Shown one piece after another: positions 24,075-37,000 of a stretch of DNA of 61,622 bases. The first letter of the stretch is position 1; every line of letters begins with the position of its first letter. The stretch is taken from the NCBI RefSeq assembly GCF_006345805.1, contig NW_021832242.1, positions 1 to 61,622 on the forward strand. Direction: 5' to 3'. Source of the DNA: Octopus sinensis (Eukaryota). A program made the position numbers and the translations under genes. Below the pieces are notes generated by a model. That model made no database searches. It saw only the letters and a program-made list of their open reading frames with translations, and was not told the DNA's origin.

Positions 24075-27000
24075 GGAAAATTTTTATTTTAAATAATTAG
24101 TTAGAGAGGCTGTTAGTGAGGTAACATAAGGAGACCTTCGGCATTCCTGCCTTTTCGGTCCAGCACACACGCTCGCCTCTCTACACAACCACAGGTTAGG
24201 ACTTACCGTCTTACCTGCCACCCAGTCATTATCTTCTCTAGGACCTCAGGGAGGCCTTTGAGGGACAATTCCTGGGCGTTGGAGAGCTCATCACGCCATC
24301 CTAAGCCATAGGCTAGCCGGATGGCTCGTCTTCTTACTTTCTTAAGCGCGTCAACGTACTTCTCCCTGTCCTCGCAGAAGTGCCAAGCGTGCACGCCATA
24401 GGTTAACACCATGGCGTTGAACACACGGAACCAGGCACCTCTCCTCAAGTGGAAAGCACGCAACGCGCCTAATCGCTGCATTGCACGCATTTTAGTACGT
24501 GCAATGTGATCATCGAACTTACCTGACTGCTTGAAGACCACGCCCAAGTAAGTTGTCCGATCAACTACAGCGATCGCTGACCCGTCCAGCGATAACCTAG
24601 GGATAAAATTAGTGTAACCCCTCGTCCTTTTACAGACTTTAAGGACACTGCACTTGTCCGCACACATTTTAGACCCCTACTCCCACACCAGTTTACAAGT
24701 TCATCCACAGCAACCTGTAGCCTACGACACGCACACTCTGGTTTCATCGACTGATCCCAGAGGATAATGTCGTCTGCATAGATCACCATTCCAGTACGAG
24801 CATTGACTGGCATAGGTGCAGAGGCCATAAAGATATTAAACAGTGTGGGACTCAGCACAGAACCCTGAGGGACCCCGCGAAGGACTGTTGCGACTTTAGA
24901 AAAGACCCCCTGGTGTCGCACGACCTGACCGCGAGATTCGAGGAACCCCGACAGCCAGCGCCTTAGACACGGAGAAACCCCACACGTGGCGAGGGAACTC
25001 CGCAGGCCGTCGTGCCACACCGAGTCGAAGGCCTTTTCTATGTCAAGACTAACTAACATACCACACTCCCTTTTCTGGAGGGCGTTCTTCATTTCGGAAG
25101 ACACCTTCCACAAGCAGTCTCCACATGAACGACCCTCCTGAATCCCCATTGGAACTCCGGAGGGCGTCAACCACCGTCAGCTCCTCCAGGAGCCTTCGGT
25201 GCATGATCCTTTCTAGGATTTTAGATATAGCGGGAAGCAAGGAAATGGGCCTGTATCCCCGGGGACATCATGAGGCTTCCCAGGTTTTCCAATGAGGATT
25301 ACCTCAGCCACTTTCCACCTGGAAGGAATCATCCCAAGTCGCAAGCTCCCGCTAAACAAAACCTGTAAGGCCGTGATCAACAACGGCGGGGCCTTTTTGA
25401 AGATGGACATAGGGATCCGATCTAGCCCCGCCGCGGTGTTCTTACTTCGGGAGATCGCTGCCAGGATCTCCCTTTCGGAAACTTCGCCTGCATCGACCCT
25501 TGATATGTCCAGCTGGCAGCGCTTGTCCCAAGACAATACCTCCTGGATAGTAACAAAAGACGACGTCTCTACGAACTGACTTCCGTCAGTTCCCGAGATG
25601 TTGTTGAGGTGGGTTGAAAATATATCAGCCACCTCAACCGGGTCCGAGGCGAGGGTTCCATCAGAGCGCTTAAGGCGCACTGACTTTGCCTCCCCTCTCC
25701 CCGACAGGCTCTTCAGTTGTTTCCAGAAGTCCGGAAAGCGCGGGTCCACTCTTTGGCAGGCCCGCTCCCACCGTGAACTTTCGTGTTCACGAATTTCCCT
25801 CCGGATCTCCCTCTGAAGCCGGCTGATCCAGCCGCGAAACCAGACACGGTTCTCCTGGTAGACGCATTTGTCCCGCAGTCTGGACAGCCGGCGCTTGAAT
25901 CTAATTTTATTTAGCACCCGGTACGGGAGCGTGGAATGTGCCTGGCCCTGTACTGGGTTCTGTTTGAAATTATCTCGCATATAATCAGACAGGGCAGCAT
26001 TGATTCCATTATCTAACGCCTCCAACTCTCGTATGTTGGCGCAGGTATTCCCCACCAGGAGTGAGGGCAACCTGCTGGCCATGAACCTCTCCAGGTTGGC
26101 CCAGGAACCGGACCGGAGGTCAAAGTATCCTGGGGCCCTTTGAGGAACTGGCTCACGGAGTTCGTGCAATAGAGGCAGATGGTCGCTCCCAATATCAGGC
26201 AATAAGATTGTGTTACTAACCCAATTTAGCATTCCGGGGCTGACCAGAGCAAGGCCTAGCCAGTCTTGTCCTCCCCGCGAATCGATGTGGTTTGGCTCGC
26301 TTGAAGATCTGATTTCCAACCCGAGGTCTTCAACCAGCGTCTTTAGAGCCAAACCATGCGCGTTGGTTACTCTGAAACCGAGCTCTTGGTGCTTGGCATT
26401 TAGGTCCCCAACGACCATCGCCTTCGGATGCTTTCCAAAGAACTCCCGTACGTGCCAAGAACACGCCGTAAAGTTCTTCGAATACATCGCCCCTAGGTAA
26501 AATGTTAAATTACCTATGCGAATCCTCACTTGGAGGAATTCACATAGGCTACAAGAACATAAACCTGAGCTCCGGAGAGCAAGGTACGGCTTGTAGAAGA
26601 GGCTAGTTCCCGTGCCACATATTGACCCCTGTTTTCAGGGTATGTGACAACAGTTGTAGCCATCAACTACGTACGGACCCCCCTTTACCTTCGTTTCGTT
26701 GACCACCAGAATGTCCGCACTCGTGGTGGCCAACATCCTCTGAACGGCGTCTCCTTTACCGAACAAGGAGCGCGCGTTCACCGATATAATGTTGAGCATC
26801 ATATCGGTTCCTCACCAAGGATCTTCTTGGCCTCAGCCATGTTGCAATGTAGCATATCTGCTACACTGCACTTCGTCGCCCTACATAATTTTAGTAGGCG
26901 TACACACAACTCCACCGCAGGACTAACACTGTCCTGGGGAGCACGCTCGCCAGGGGGGGAGTGCGGTGGCATTTCCACGTATGGAGGACGCCTTTTCCCC

Positions 27001-27407
27001 CCTAGGTTTTGCTGGGCGGTATCACCTGTAGCCCACTCGGAAGGCTTAGCACGCTTCGGCATCCGAACTGACTCGGATGTTATTAGCGGCTCAGCCGACT
27101 TTGTCGGCGAAGGTGGTACCGACTCGCTCGCAATGTGGCTTGCAGGCTTCACAGGCCTCGCCACCGAAGCAGTCTTGGGTGGTTTGGACTGCTTTGCCCG
27201 CTTGCCAGGTTGTGGCCCAGTAACTGCGACGCTAGCCGCGCGACTTACCTTCGAGATTACAGCCGCACCTACCTTTCGGGTTGCCTCCTTGAACTTGGGG
27301 CAACCTTTGAAGTTGGCAATGTGTCCCAACTTACCGCAGTTGACACAGTACCTCTTCGTAGGTGGCGAGGGGCATGCCTTGCGACCATGCTCGCCACCGC
27401 AGGTCAA
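24075..27407 (-). mobile_element. 5'-truncated APE-type LINE (Jockey/I-group-like): ORF1 with CCHC knuckles, ORF2 APE + RT
   Basis: ORF1 26799-27407 (CVNCGKLGHIANFKGC). ORF2 about 26802-24203 with SVNARSL, GDLNAKH, SDHLP, DIEKAFD, PQGSVLSP, YADD; several frameshifts. Confidence 0.95.
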
Positions 27408-27602
27408 TTTGTACGAATTGTGATTATTTTTTTAACACAAGCACTTTGAAGTATTAAGGGTAGGGTACTAAAGCTTGATAAAAGTAAAAAAAAACCTCAA
27501 ATGAGGCACAAAAATAAGATAACCAGATAATCCCTACACACGGAAATCTTTAGTAAAAGGCGAAAGATTTATACGCTTTGCATAGGAATCAGATTAAACA
27601 AT
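27408..27602. repeat. 195-bp direct repeat, copy 2 (flanks the LINE 5' truncation point)
   Basis: Matches 23880-24074. Confidence 0.95.
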
Positions 27603-27911
27603 TTTATTACCCGTTATTGTGTAATAATCATTCAAAAGTAGATTTATAATATGTATAATTTTGCTTTAAATTGTCAAAATTGACACTATAAATTATTCTC
27701 TTATTAACCGAGCTTTAATCATATGAATAAATAATTTTTTAAATTAATTTAATGTATTCAGCACATTAAAGGACGATTATTAAAATGATAGAAGATTGAA
27801 AACATGTAAAACAAAATCAACAAGTGGCAACCCAAGTTTTTTAGCATTTGGGTATATATAAACACATTACTGATACCACATTTATCATATTTGAAATACA
27901 TAAGTTTATAC

Positions 27912-29719
27912 CAGTGATTTTCAAGTGCGGCCCCTATGAATATTCATGAATAAAAAATTCTCACGTTATTTTATTTGTTGTTTTGATGTCGAATTTTAAA
28001 CGTTTTCAAAAAATTTCCGAGGAAAATGGGATTTTTCAACACATCTGGGAAGAAAAAAATTTCATTTTGAGGTCAATGGAAAGGCTCTTTGCCTAATATG
28101 CAATTCTATTAATGTAGCTTTAAAAACGTATACAATCGAACGGCACTACCGTTCCCACTCTATTCTTTCTGACAAATTCACTGGTGTTTCTCGGACGAAA
28201 AAACTAAAACAAATCAAAGAAGATTATTTAAAGCGATCATCCACTCTTAAAAGTGGCACATATTTCTCTAATATTAACTTGGCATCATACAAAATTAGTT
28301 ACCTATTGGCTAAAAATATGAAGCCTTATCCTGATGGTGAATTATATAAAACGGCAATCGAAATATTTGCATTAGAATGTTGTTCGCCCGCTGTTTTCGA
28401 TATTGCACACAAGTTACCTCTAAGTAACGATACTGCTACTAGAAGAGTCAGTGATATATCAGATAATCTAATTAACGAACTTTCACAGTATGCAAATTTT
28501 TTCGTAATTTTTAGAATTTGTAAAGATTTTCAATATTATTCCTTTGCGCTTGATTGTTCCAAAGATATTTTAGATATCGAACAATTAGTAGTGTTTGTAA
28601 GGGGAATAACAGGACTTATGAATAAATGGAGGTGTGATAATAACTGGACTCCAGTGTTATGGCATTATTGCATTATTCATAAGGAAAACCTAATTTCCAA
28701 AAATATTAAAATGGAAAATGTTTCTGAAGTAGTGATAAAAATTGTCAATTGGATTCGGGCGAACGCCTTCAATCACCGAAAATTTAAAACATTTTTAACT
28801 GAAACCGATTCGGATTATGACGATGTCCTTCTTTTTTCAGTAGTAAGATGGTTAAGCCGTAGCTCTTTTCTCAAAAAATTAATTTCTTTTATTTTTATAT
28901 GTAGATTTTATCAACTTCTTCCTGAAATTATTTTATTTACTGAAAATAAAGTGGACAATGCATTATTGAAAGAAAATGGATGGGTAGCAGATTTAGCATT
29001 TTATGTGGATCTATCTGTCTGCCCTAAATGTCGAATTACAAGAGAAAATAAACTAAATTATGAAATTCATGGATATATCAATGCCTTCGCTATGAAATTA
29101 ATTTTATGGAAAGCGCAGATATCAAATAATGATTACACACATTTTCCTTATCTGTCAGAAAATTCCGAAAGTGGCTCAACTGATAAATATTTAAAAATAA
29201 TTAAGATTTAAGTTCGCAATTTGATGCAAGATTTCAGGTTTTTAGTATTTAATTTAACCTGACAGAGCTTTAAAGAAGGTGCAAATTCAATGAGATTATT
29301 TGCATCTCCATTAATTATGAAAAGTGAGGAGGTTTCCGGAATTTACCAACTGGAATTGATTGATTTGCAAAATGATGTTGAACAGAAAAGTTTGTTCAGC
29401 AACATTTCAATAATTGACTTTTATTCGAGAATTCCAGAGAACCGATTACCGAATCTAGTCAATAATGCAAAGAAAAATTTAGCGATGTTTGAATCAACAT
29501 ATTTCTGCAAATCGACATTTAGTAAACTTGTCCGAATTAAAACAAAGTTTCGCAGCAGATTGACTGATACTCATTTATGTGATTTGTTACGTACTTTAAC
29601 TAGTAGAATTAAACCTAATTTTGATTATTTAGTTAATAAATAATTGTCAAAAATTATTTGCGGCCCCTGTAATTTTTTTTAATTTGCGGCCCCTGATTAA
29701 AGAAGCTTGAGAATCACTG
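27912..29719 (+). mobile_element. hAT (Buster/GTF2IRD2-like) element, internally deleted, intron-bearing
   Basis: TIR CAGTGATTTTCAAG / CTTGAGAATCACTG; degenerate TSD GTTTATAC/TTCTAAAC; BED finger, ALD, HCIIH-like, RWLSR. Introns 28488-28514 and 29238-29265, plus a degenerate one at 28878-28904. Confidence 0.88.
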
Positions 29720-30003
29720 TTCTAAACCAACTAAAAGTAGATGCGCCACAAAGAAGAATCAGAATATATTCGTTTTAATAAAACAACCGAGGAATGCTCG
29801 ATATATCAACAAACTCTGAATTGTATGTTTTACGCCAGAAAAAGAAATTATTTATTTTAATTCATAATTATATAAATTATTAAAAGTTTTGGAAACTATG
29901 TCTGAAACGACTTAATCCGCAATCCAGCTCTTGATTTATTTAAATGAATATTTTAATTAATAAGATTAAATTAAAATAATTTTCTTACAATAAATTTATC
30001 ACT

Positions 30004-31651
30004 ATGTTCATGTTGCTCACTCTTGTTGTAATTTGTGCAATATTGGTGATTATTTGTGCATTAATCCCTTCAATTAAACTATATTTTGTAATATAACTCA
30101 ATATTAATTAAAGAAACAAATCCCCGAACTCCACTTTGAGGAGGACTCGGACATCCTCATCGCTGGGGCAGGCGTGTTCGGTTGTGCCTTTGGGTATGCC
30201 ATGGCTCAACTCGGCCACAAAGTCACAATAATAGAAAAAGACATCCACAATAACACAGCCAAATTACTGGGGGAATATCTCCAGCCTGGAGGAATACTAG
30301 CCTTGGAAAAACTCGGAATGAAGGGTTCTTTCACTTCTAATTTATCCTCACAGATTGTATCGAAGGAACTCTGGAAACGAAGGGATATGTCCTCCACCAC
30401 CACGACTCGGACAGCCAAGTAGATATTTCGTATTCATATGGCGGGAAAACTCCTATAAATGGGGTCACATTTCACTACTATCAATTTATTGACGCCCTTC
30501 GAAGAAAAGCCACATCAAATAAATTGTAAATATGATTTAAAGGCAGCTTAATAGACTTACCATAATTCCAGGAAATGTCACCCGAATTGTCAAAACGGCT
30601 GGAATTGTGGTTGGTTTTGAGTATGAAAATGGCGGGAAACAAAAAGTGGAATTGTCCCTTTAAGTAGATAGGTTTTGAAGGCCAGACTGAATGTGATAGC
30701 GGATGGTGGTCTATCCAAATTGCGGTCCCAAATCCACCAAAAAACGCGGGAAACTCGATTTTCGTATTTCATTGGTTGTGTGCTCGAGGACTGTCCTCAA
30801 ACAAGAGAGGACTACGCAGACATTATCCTCACTGACTCTTCTCCTATTCTTGTTTATCGAATATCCAAATCACAGTCTCGGCTTTTTGTGGATGTTGTGA
30901 AAGTCCCGACTAATATTCCTGCCTTTATATATGAGGAGATTATTCCCCGATTGCCTGGTTGAGTTATTGTGGTCATATCTTTAAGAAAGTATGCGACCTT
31001 CTGTTGAGGATGCTGTGAATAATGCAGATATGATGGTAATGCCCTGCAGGAGTACTGCTAATTCGTTTCCGACAGTCCCCGGACTGATCCAAGGAGGAGA
31101 CTCGTTTAATACAAGACATCCTTTGACTGGAGCAGGGTTGACTGTTGCTCTTTATGATGCCATTCTCCTTCGAAATAGACTTGAGGGGGTGGACTTGAGT
31201 AACTACCGGGCTGTTCTTAGGAGACTTGGGACATTTTCTATCGAAAGAGCCCTCAACCACTCGTTTGTGGTCAATGTCATGTCCTTTGCTCTCTACCAGG
31301 TGTTTGCCCCTGTTGACGGTCGGTTTTTGTGTATATTTTTAGAAGTAGGTCGGAATATCCGTTCTGCTTGTGTTGCCTATCTGCAAAGGAAGGGGGAGTG
31401 TTTGGCTGGGCCGACTAATCTGTTGGCAATGTTTGTTTGTGTCTGAATATTTTAGTTCGGTGTCTTCTCCTTTTATATTTTTTTATCATTTCGGGTCGGT
31501 GGCTTTGCATTCTTGTTATCTTATTGGAAAGTCCCATTCGGTGAGGTGTCCTCATTTGATTGCTCGTGACGTATTTATTCATTTGATTAAGGCTTGTTGC
31601 ATTGTTGGTCCTCTCATTTGGAATGACATTCGAGCTATTCTATCCATTTAA
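30004..31651 (+). CDS. SQLE: Squalene epoxidase (squalene monooxygenase), 8 exons, 486 aa
   Basis: Exons 30004-30087, 30114-30324, 30354-30525, 30555-30645, 30672-30957, 30986-31318, 31343-31430, 31456-31651 give an open frame. N-terminal hydrophobic anchor, GAGVFG, GEYLQPGG, ADGG.SK.R, GDSFNTRHPLTGAGLTVALYD. Confidence 0.93.
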
Positions 31652-32476
31652 TCATTTTGAGGCTATTAATACTTTTGATTTATACTTATTTTTTTAATAA
31701 TAAACTGGATTTATTAAATAGTTTTTGCAGGTGATCTGGAGAAGTCATTTTATCGGATACCCGGGAAAAAGTTTATTTGCAAAAGTTAGTTGATGACTAC
31801 CGGAGATGCCATTCTTTGACAAAAGCTTTAAAAAAACGAAATACTGATGTTTTACCGAAAAGTATAATTTCGTACAATTTTTGTTTGAAACGAGTGGTTT
31901 AATGGTGAGAAAGAGAGACTTTTGAACAAACTGGGAAGCATGATTTCAAACCCATACTAGATAAAAAGAAAGCTGGAATGTATGTTGCAAAGAATTTCAT
32001 GACAGATTTTAAAGAATACTTTTTATTTAGCAGGGGACAATCGATTTCAAATTCGTGAACAAATATTGAAATTATATTTGATTGGAAATATATTACTAGC
32101 GGTGCGCGTTGCAAAAATCAATTTTTATAACTAAAATAGAACAATTTCTATTATTATGTCGTGTCCCATGCTGGCTACATATTACCTGTCAACATATCAT
32201 TTTTATTGGCACAAATTTACACAAGAAATGTCGTTGTTTAGACCACCAATAGCAGTCAAACTTTTTGCATCTAAGCCGAGTGATTCATAATATTTTACAG
32301 CGGGGATTACGATGACTGTAGATTAGTAAAAAAACCGAGAATTTGATGAAAGAGGGGTTCGCAGAGTGACGCATAGTCCCACATATTAATGACGGAATAA
32401 ACGAAATTCAATTCACATAACCTATTTTGAACGTAATCGGCATTTTATGTAAAATTTTGCAGAACTTGCATTAAAG

Positions 32477-33047
32477 CAGCAATTCCCAACTGGGGTGCTG
32501 CTCCAAAAGAAAAGTGGCCGAGGAATTAGAGCTTTAATATTTAAAATTAAAATTTATTTATAGTTGTATAAGTTATTTTAATTCAATTAAAGAAACTTGA
32601 AAATTTTAAAATTAAAATAGTTAGTTATGAGCAATTTTTTTGGTGGTTCACATCCTCAATCTTCGGCGAATAAAAAACAAAAAAATATGAATTTATTCTG
32701 AAAAATATTTGAACTATGGATTTACATAGAATAGAGATTGTGCATTGCCACTACCAAGGTGTATTGTATGCAGTAAAATTCTTTCAAATGATGGGATGGT
32801 CCCGTCTAAGATGAAAAGCCATTTAGCCACTATGCACTTTTCTTTAAGAGATAAGAAATCATCATATTTCGAGAACATGTTAAAATCCCAGGAGACTCAA
32901 AGTGCCACATTCGTTAAAAACACTTCACGTTTCTCAAAGAGCTTTAGATGACTTCTCTGATTTCTAATGAATATTGATTTTTTGAGTGCCGGGAGAAAAA
33001 AAACCTAGTTTTAGGTACCGCGAGCACAAAAAAGTTGGGAAACGCTG
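32477..33047 (+). mobile_element. hAT (ZBED5-like) deletion derivative, 571 bp
   Basis: TIR CAGCAATTCCCAAC / GTTGGGAAACGCTG; perfect TSD CATTAAAG; BED finger PRCIVCSKILSNDGMVPSKMKSHL. Confidence 0.9.
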
Positions 33048-33546
33048 CATTAAAGCAACGAGGTTGTTGCATAATATTATCAACTAAAAATAAATAGGGA
33101 GTTCAAAACACCTATTTGGATTTTGTTTGCAATTTTTCATTGAACGTGTTCGACTAATCGGTCTACCAAATCGTCTGAATCAGCTCATTTTACAACGAAA
33201 TAACCTTCGAATGCAATTTGATAGCTATTGGAAGAACATTCCAGTATTAGCTTTAAGTCAGGGGTGCTCAAGCTTTTTGGATTTGCGGCCGCATAGCATT
33301 TTTTTCCTTCTCTTCCACGGCCGCACATTTTCTGCATTATTTTTTCGATATTAATATAGTTTTTTTTTAATTATTAAAAGTGACCGCATAAGTTGCCCAT
33401 TGTCATCGAGACCGAATGAGTTCTTGGACAGGAAATGCTCTCGTTCATCAGGGACATCATATTATTAAAATAAATAATTATTTCATGGACAAAAGATAAG
33501 AAAGAAGGAAAATTAATTAAAAGAAATGTATTATACAAGTTATTCT

Positions 33547-34172
33547 GTGCAATAAGTATGGGATTAGACGTTCCAGAAAGTTGCGAACTCATAAGGTGCA
33601 GTCTGTGGTCGAGAATGCCAGAGTATGTATTAAAGTGGATACTAGTATCACACCTCGATACTTGTCCAGCACAATAAGCCGGACATTGTGGTACAAGATA
33701 AGGTCTCTGGCGAGATACTTATCATAGAAGTTGGCATCACATGTCTAGATCGTTTGACCACAGTGGAAGTGGAAAAGAAGTGTAAGTACGACCTTCTTGC
33801 AAACGAGCTTGGGTTGATGCACAGATGCAAGGTCCTTGTCATTCCTTGCGTGATGACATGGGAAGGAATTGTATCTAAGTACCACAAGGGTTATCTCAGG
33901 CAGTTGGGAGTCGATAGTACATTCAGGCCTATATGCAGTCCACTGTCCTGAGGAGAACTCTAGAGAGTGCATCTGTTGATGCACGCAGACCCAGCCCCCT
34001 AATGCCACATGGGCAGAATTGTCGGCTGGAAAATGCTCTCACAGAGCTATTCCTTCGACCAGAAGCAGAAGAGGCTGGTCTCCAGACTTCAGATGCGAAC
34101 GGTTCGTCGGATTAGTTAGTTAACTATTTTATCTCGGGTTTTTGTTAATAAAGTGTGTCAATTAAAAAAAAA
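33547..34172 (+). mobile_element. 5'-truncated R4-like RLE LINE with poly(A) and 14-bp TSD
   Basis: PD-(D/E)xK endonuclease KPDIVV...IIEVGIT...EKKCKYDLL; poly(A) to 34172; TSD ATACAAGTTATTCT (33533-33546, 34173-34186). Confidence 0.9.
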
Positions 34173-34499
34173 ATACAAGTTATTCTAATGACGGCCAGGA
34201 TCTTTGGTATTTTTTGCGAGCTTATTGAAATCCACTGGTAGGGTAGATATCATTATGCGCAAACATGTCTCTAAGTTTGCATCCGTTATCCGAGATGTAT
34301 ATTGACTTTTTAAATATTTCATTTTGGAAAATCATGTGAATCTACATCATTCAACATGAAAATCGAACTAAACGATGCCTAAAAACCTTACGTTCGATAT
34401 TATCTATTCAATAATGTTGGTTGACCATTATTTTATTAAAATTGTTTAAAAAAATTATAGTCAAACAAAAAATAAGGTTTTAATTTCACTCCTTATTGT

Positions 34500-35250
34500 T
34501 GGAAATTATTCTTCTCTTTTTAGGGGGAGAATAGCTGCTTGTCCCTCGCTCTCCTCGCTCTCTATCTCTTTGTCAGACAAAGTTGTTATATGTCCCATAG
34601 TCGTGTTCCGATAGTATGCCAGTTCTAGAAGTTGGTCGGCAGCGAAGGCGTATTCCTTACAAGATACCCTCATCTAATGCGTGTGTTCAATTAACATATT
34701 TTTGAGGGTTCTTTTTAATAAAACGGATTGGATGTATGTTCTCGTTGCTTTTTTAATGGTTATTTTATTCATGTAATATTTAAATCATTTCGAGACAACT
34801 TCGTTCTACGTCAAAACATACCGGAATAGTTTTTATCTGGGTTTAATAGAATATCGAATTTTCATTTGCTTTTCTGAGGCGGTCTTGCGATGTGATGCCC
34901 ACTTTGATTATTTTCTGCTTTATTTTGTCTTAGATAAAAATATTAGGTTTGTTGTATTGGAATCTTGTCTCTGTCATAATTGGTATATCAGCTCGGATTT
35001 CAACATTTTCCGTCGATATTATAAACTGAGCCGAGTGAGCCTCTATCCTTCTTCCACTTTAAATACCGTAGGCACAAATGTAGATGGATGCACATTACAA
35101 CTTTGTTGTGTCTTTGGAGGTACTCGCTGTTTAACATTTTACCACACTGGGTGGCCAAATGGTCGACAGTTTTTCTGTTTTTCTTGCAATGATTTATTAA
35201 ATTGTTAATTGTTATAATTCAAATTTAAAGATATATCTTTACATATTTAT
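34500..35250 (-). mobile_element. Decayed R4-like RLE LINE 3' fragment
   Basis: CNHCKK...TVDHLATQCGKML...RHNKVV, NKPNIF, YIQSVLLKRTL across stops. Confidence 0.75.
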
Positions 35251-35479
35251 GACTTTATTATTTTATTTCTCACAACTTTTTCTTGCCAATAAATAGAAAC
35301 ACTTTCTATCTATTTTTACTTTGATTTATTCAATTTTCATTCATATTTCAATTAAATAAAAAACCACAAATGAGTCATAATCATCATCTATTATTATAGC
35401 CTTTTCGACAGGAGCCATAGTCATTTATAGTCACAGACGAGACACACACTTTATTTTTAAGTAAAGAACAGTTCATGTT

Positions 35480-36140
35480 GGGACCGGGATATCTAGAAGG
35501 CCTCTGAAAGGCTCCAAGCTAACTTGGATCGGCTTATGGCTGACGGACGCGGCAAGTCCGCCACGTCCCTTTTCACTTCCGACAAAAGATTGGAAAGGAC
35601 TTTAGTCGACTTAAAGCTGAAGAACGTGTCCGTACCCTTCTACAGGAGTCAGACGGTCCTAGGGGTAACCCTCGACATGCATCTCTGCTTCTCCCCGCAC
35701 GCAGACAATTTCATTCGAAAATGCAAAAAAAATTGTACATCCTCAGAACTCTATCCGGTATATGGAAAAACGTGTCGCACTCGGTACTGGCGAATATCTA
35801 CAGTCAATACTTCGAACTGCCAATTGCCTACGCCTGCGGATCATGGGATCCGCGGTTATCGTGGTCTAACAGGAGACGAATCGAGGAGGCCCAAGAAAGG
35901 GCCCACAGATTAACCGATCGTTGGTCACAAGATAACGAACGCCCCGGTACAGCTCCTCTGGAGAACCTTATCAAGCTAAACCTCTGTCCGCCTGCAAATG
36001 CCCCGTCAAAAACGGCCTGCCGCCCAAGGCGATCTTTTGTGAGCTCTTTGAAAGATCACCGAGCGAGGATGAGGTACCTGGTTGAGTGTATCGGGATCAC
36101 GTGACGTTTGTTTGATTTTTACCGTGGCCTTGGCGGTTAA
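35480..36140 (+). mobile_element. APE-type LINE RT C-terminal fragment
   Basis: TVLGVTLDMHLCF..H...CKKKLYILRTL...YACGSW; one frameshift. Confidence 0.75.
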
Positions 36141-36599
36141 ATAAAATAAATTACAATTAATTTTTAATCATGTTCGGATTTTTGTTTATTTTTTTCCTTT
36201 TACCTTTACCTTTTATGATTTTAAATCACGATAAAAATTTGAAATTGCTAAACTTCTCTTAAAAAAAGCATTCAATTCGAAAATTCGCTAGAATGTTTCA
36301 CAAAAGTATTTGAACAATCTCTAGAACAGTGCTTCCCGATTTGTTTTGAGTTCGCACCACCGTTTTTAAATCTAACAGAGAATTTCATTAAAAAAATCAT
36401 TAAAAAAATATCTAGGTTCCTTGGGATTTTTCTTTCCTTTTAGTTTTAATTAATTCTTCGAAACGCGATTTTTTGTTTGCTAGTACAATTCTGAGATCGT
36501 TTTCAGGGCTAAAAGAGTTTCTGTTCTTATTTTTTATATATAATAGAGATGAAAATCCATTTATTTCAAACTTCATTTATTTGAAAAGTCCAGATAAAA

Positions 36600-37000
36600 T
36601 TGATTTTTAATTATTGCGTCTGCTTTTAGTTGATTCTCCTCCTCTTCGAGCCCGAGCAAATGTCTTCGACGGGTACACTATCCATTTTATAGGGCAGGCT
36701 ATTTTTGTGGTTGTTCTCGAGTCCGATTTAATCGCATGCTTCGCCGCTGTAGGCAGGAGTTTATACTCCGGGCGCATGCTTTCCAATGTTCTCTTGATCA
36801 CGATTGACTGGACATAAACTCGCGTAGATTTATGGACTTGTAAGGAGTTCTCGTAGTGCTTATAGAATTTGGATGTTATTTCATCCCACTTGAGAACCAA
36901 CGGTACGACATTTACCTTAGCATTATGGATTAACCTCAATTCGCTTGCCAAAAGGTCGTATTTATGTAATTTCTCAACTTCAACATGCTTCAAAGATTGT
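36600..37000 (-). mobile_element. R4-like RLE LINE extreme 3' fragment
   Basis: VEVEKLHKYDLLASEL...VVPLVL.WD.I..KFYKHY...YVQSIVIKRTLES. Confidence 0.8.

Noticed and set aside
25049-27449. Plus-strand ORFs such as 26644-27423
   Set aside because: Antisense shadows of the GC-rich LINE ORFs.
23882-27600. Conventional LTR retrotransposon
   Set aside because: The interior is an APE+RT LINE with no protease or integrase; there is no matching outer TSD and no tRNA-matching PBS or PPT. Kept only as an alternative in the finding.
31700-32110. Open frames downstream of SQLE
   Set aside because: No recognisable homology or consistent splice model.
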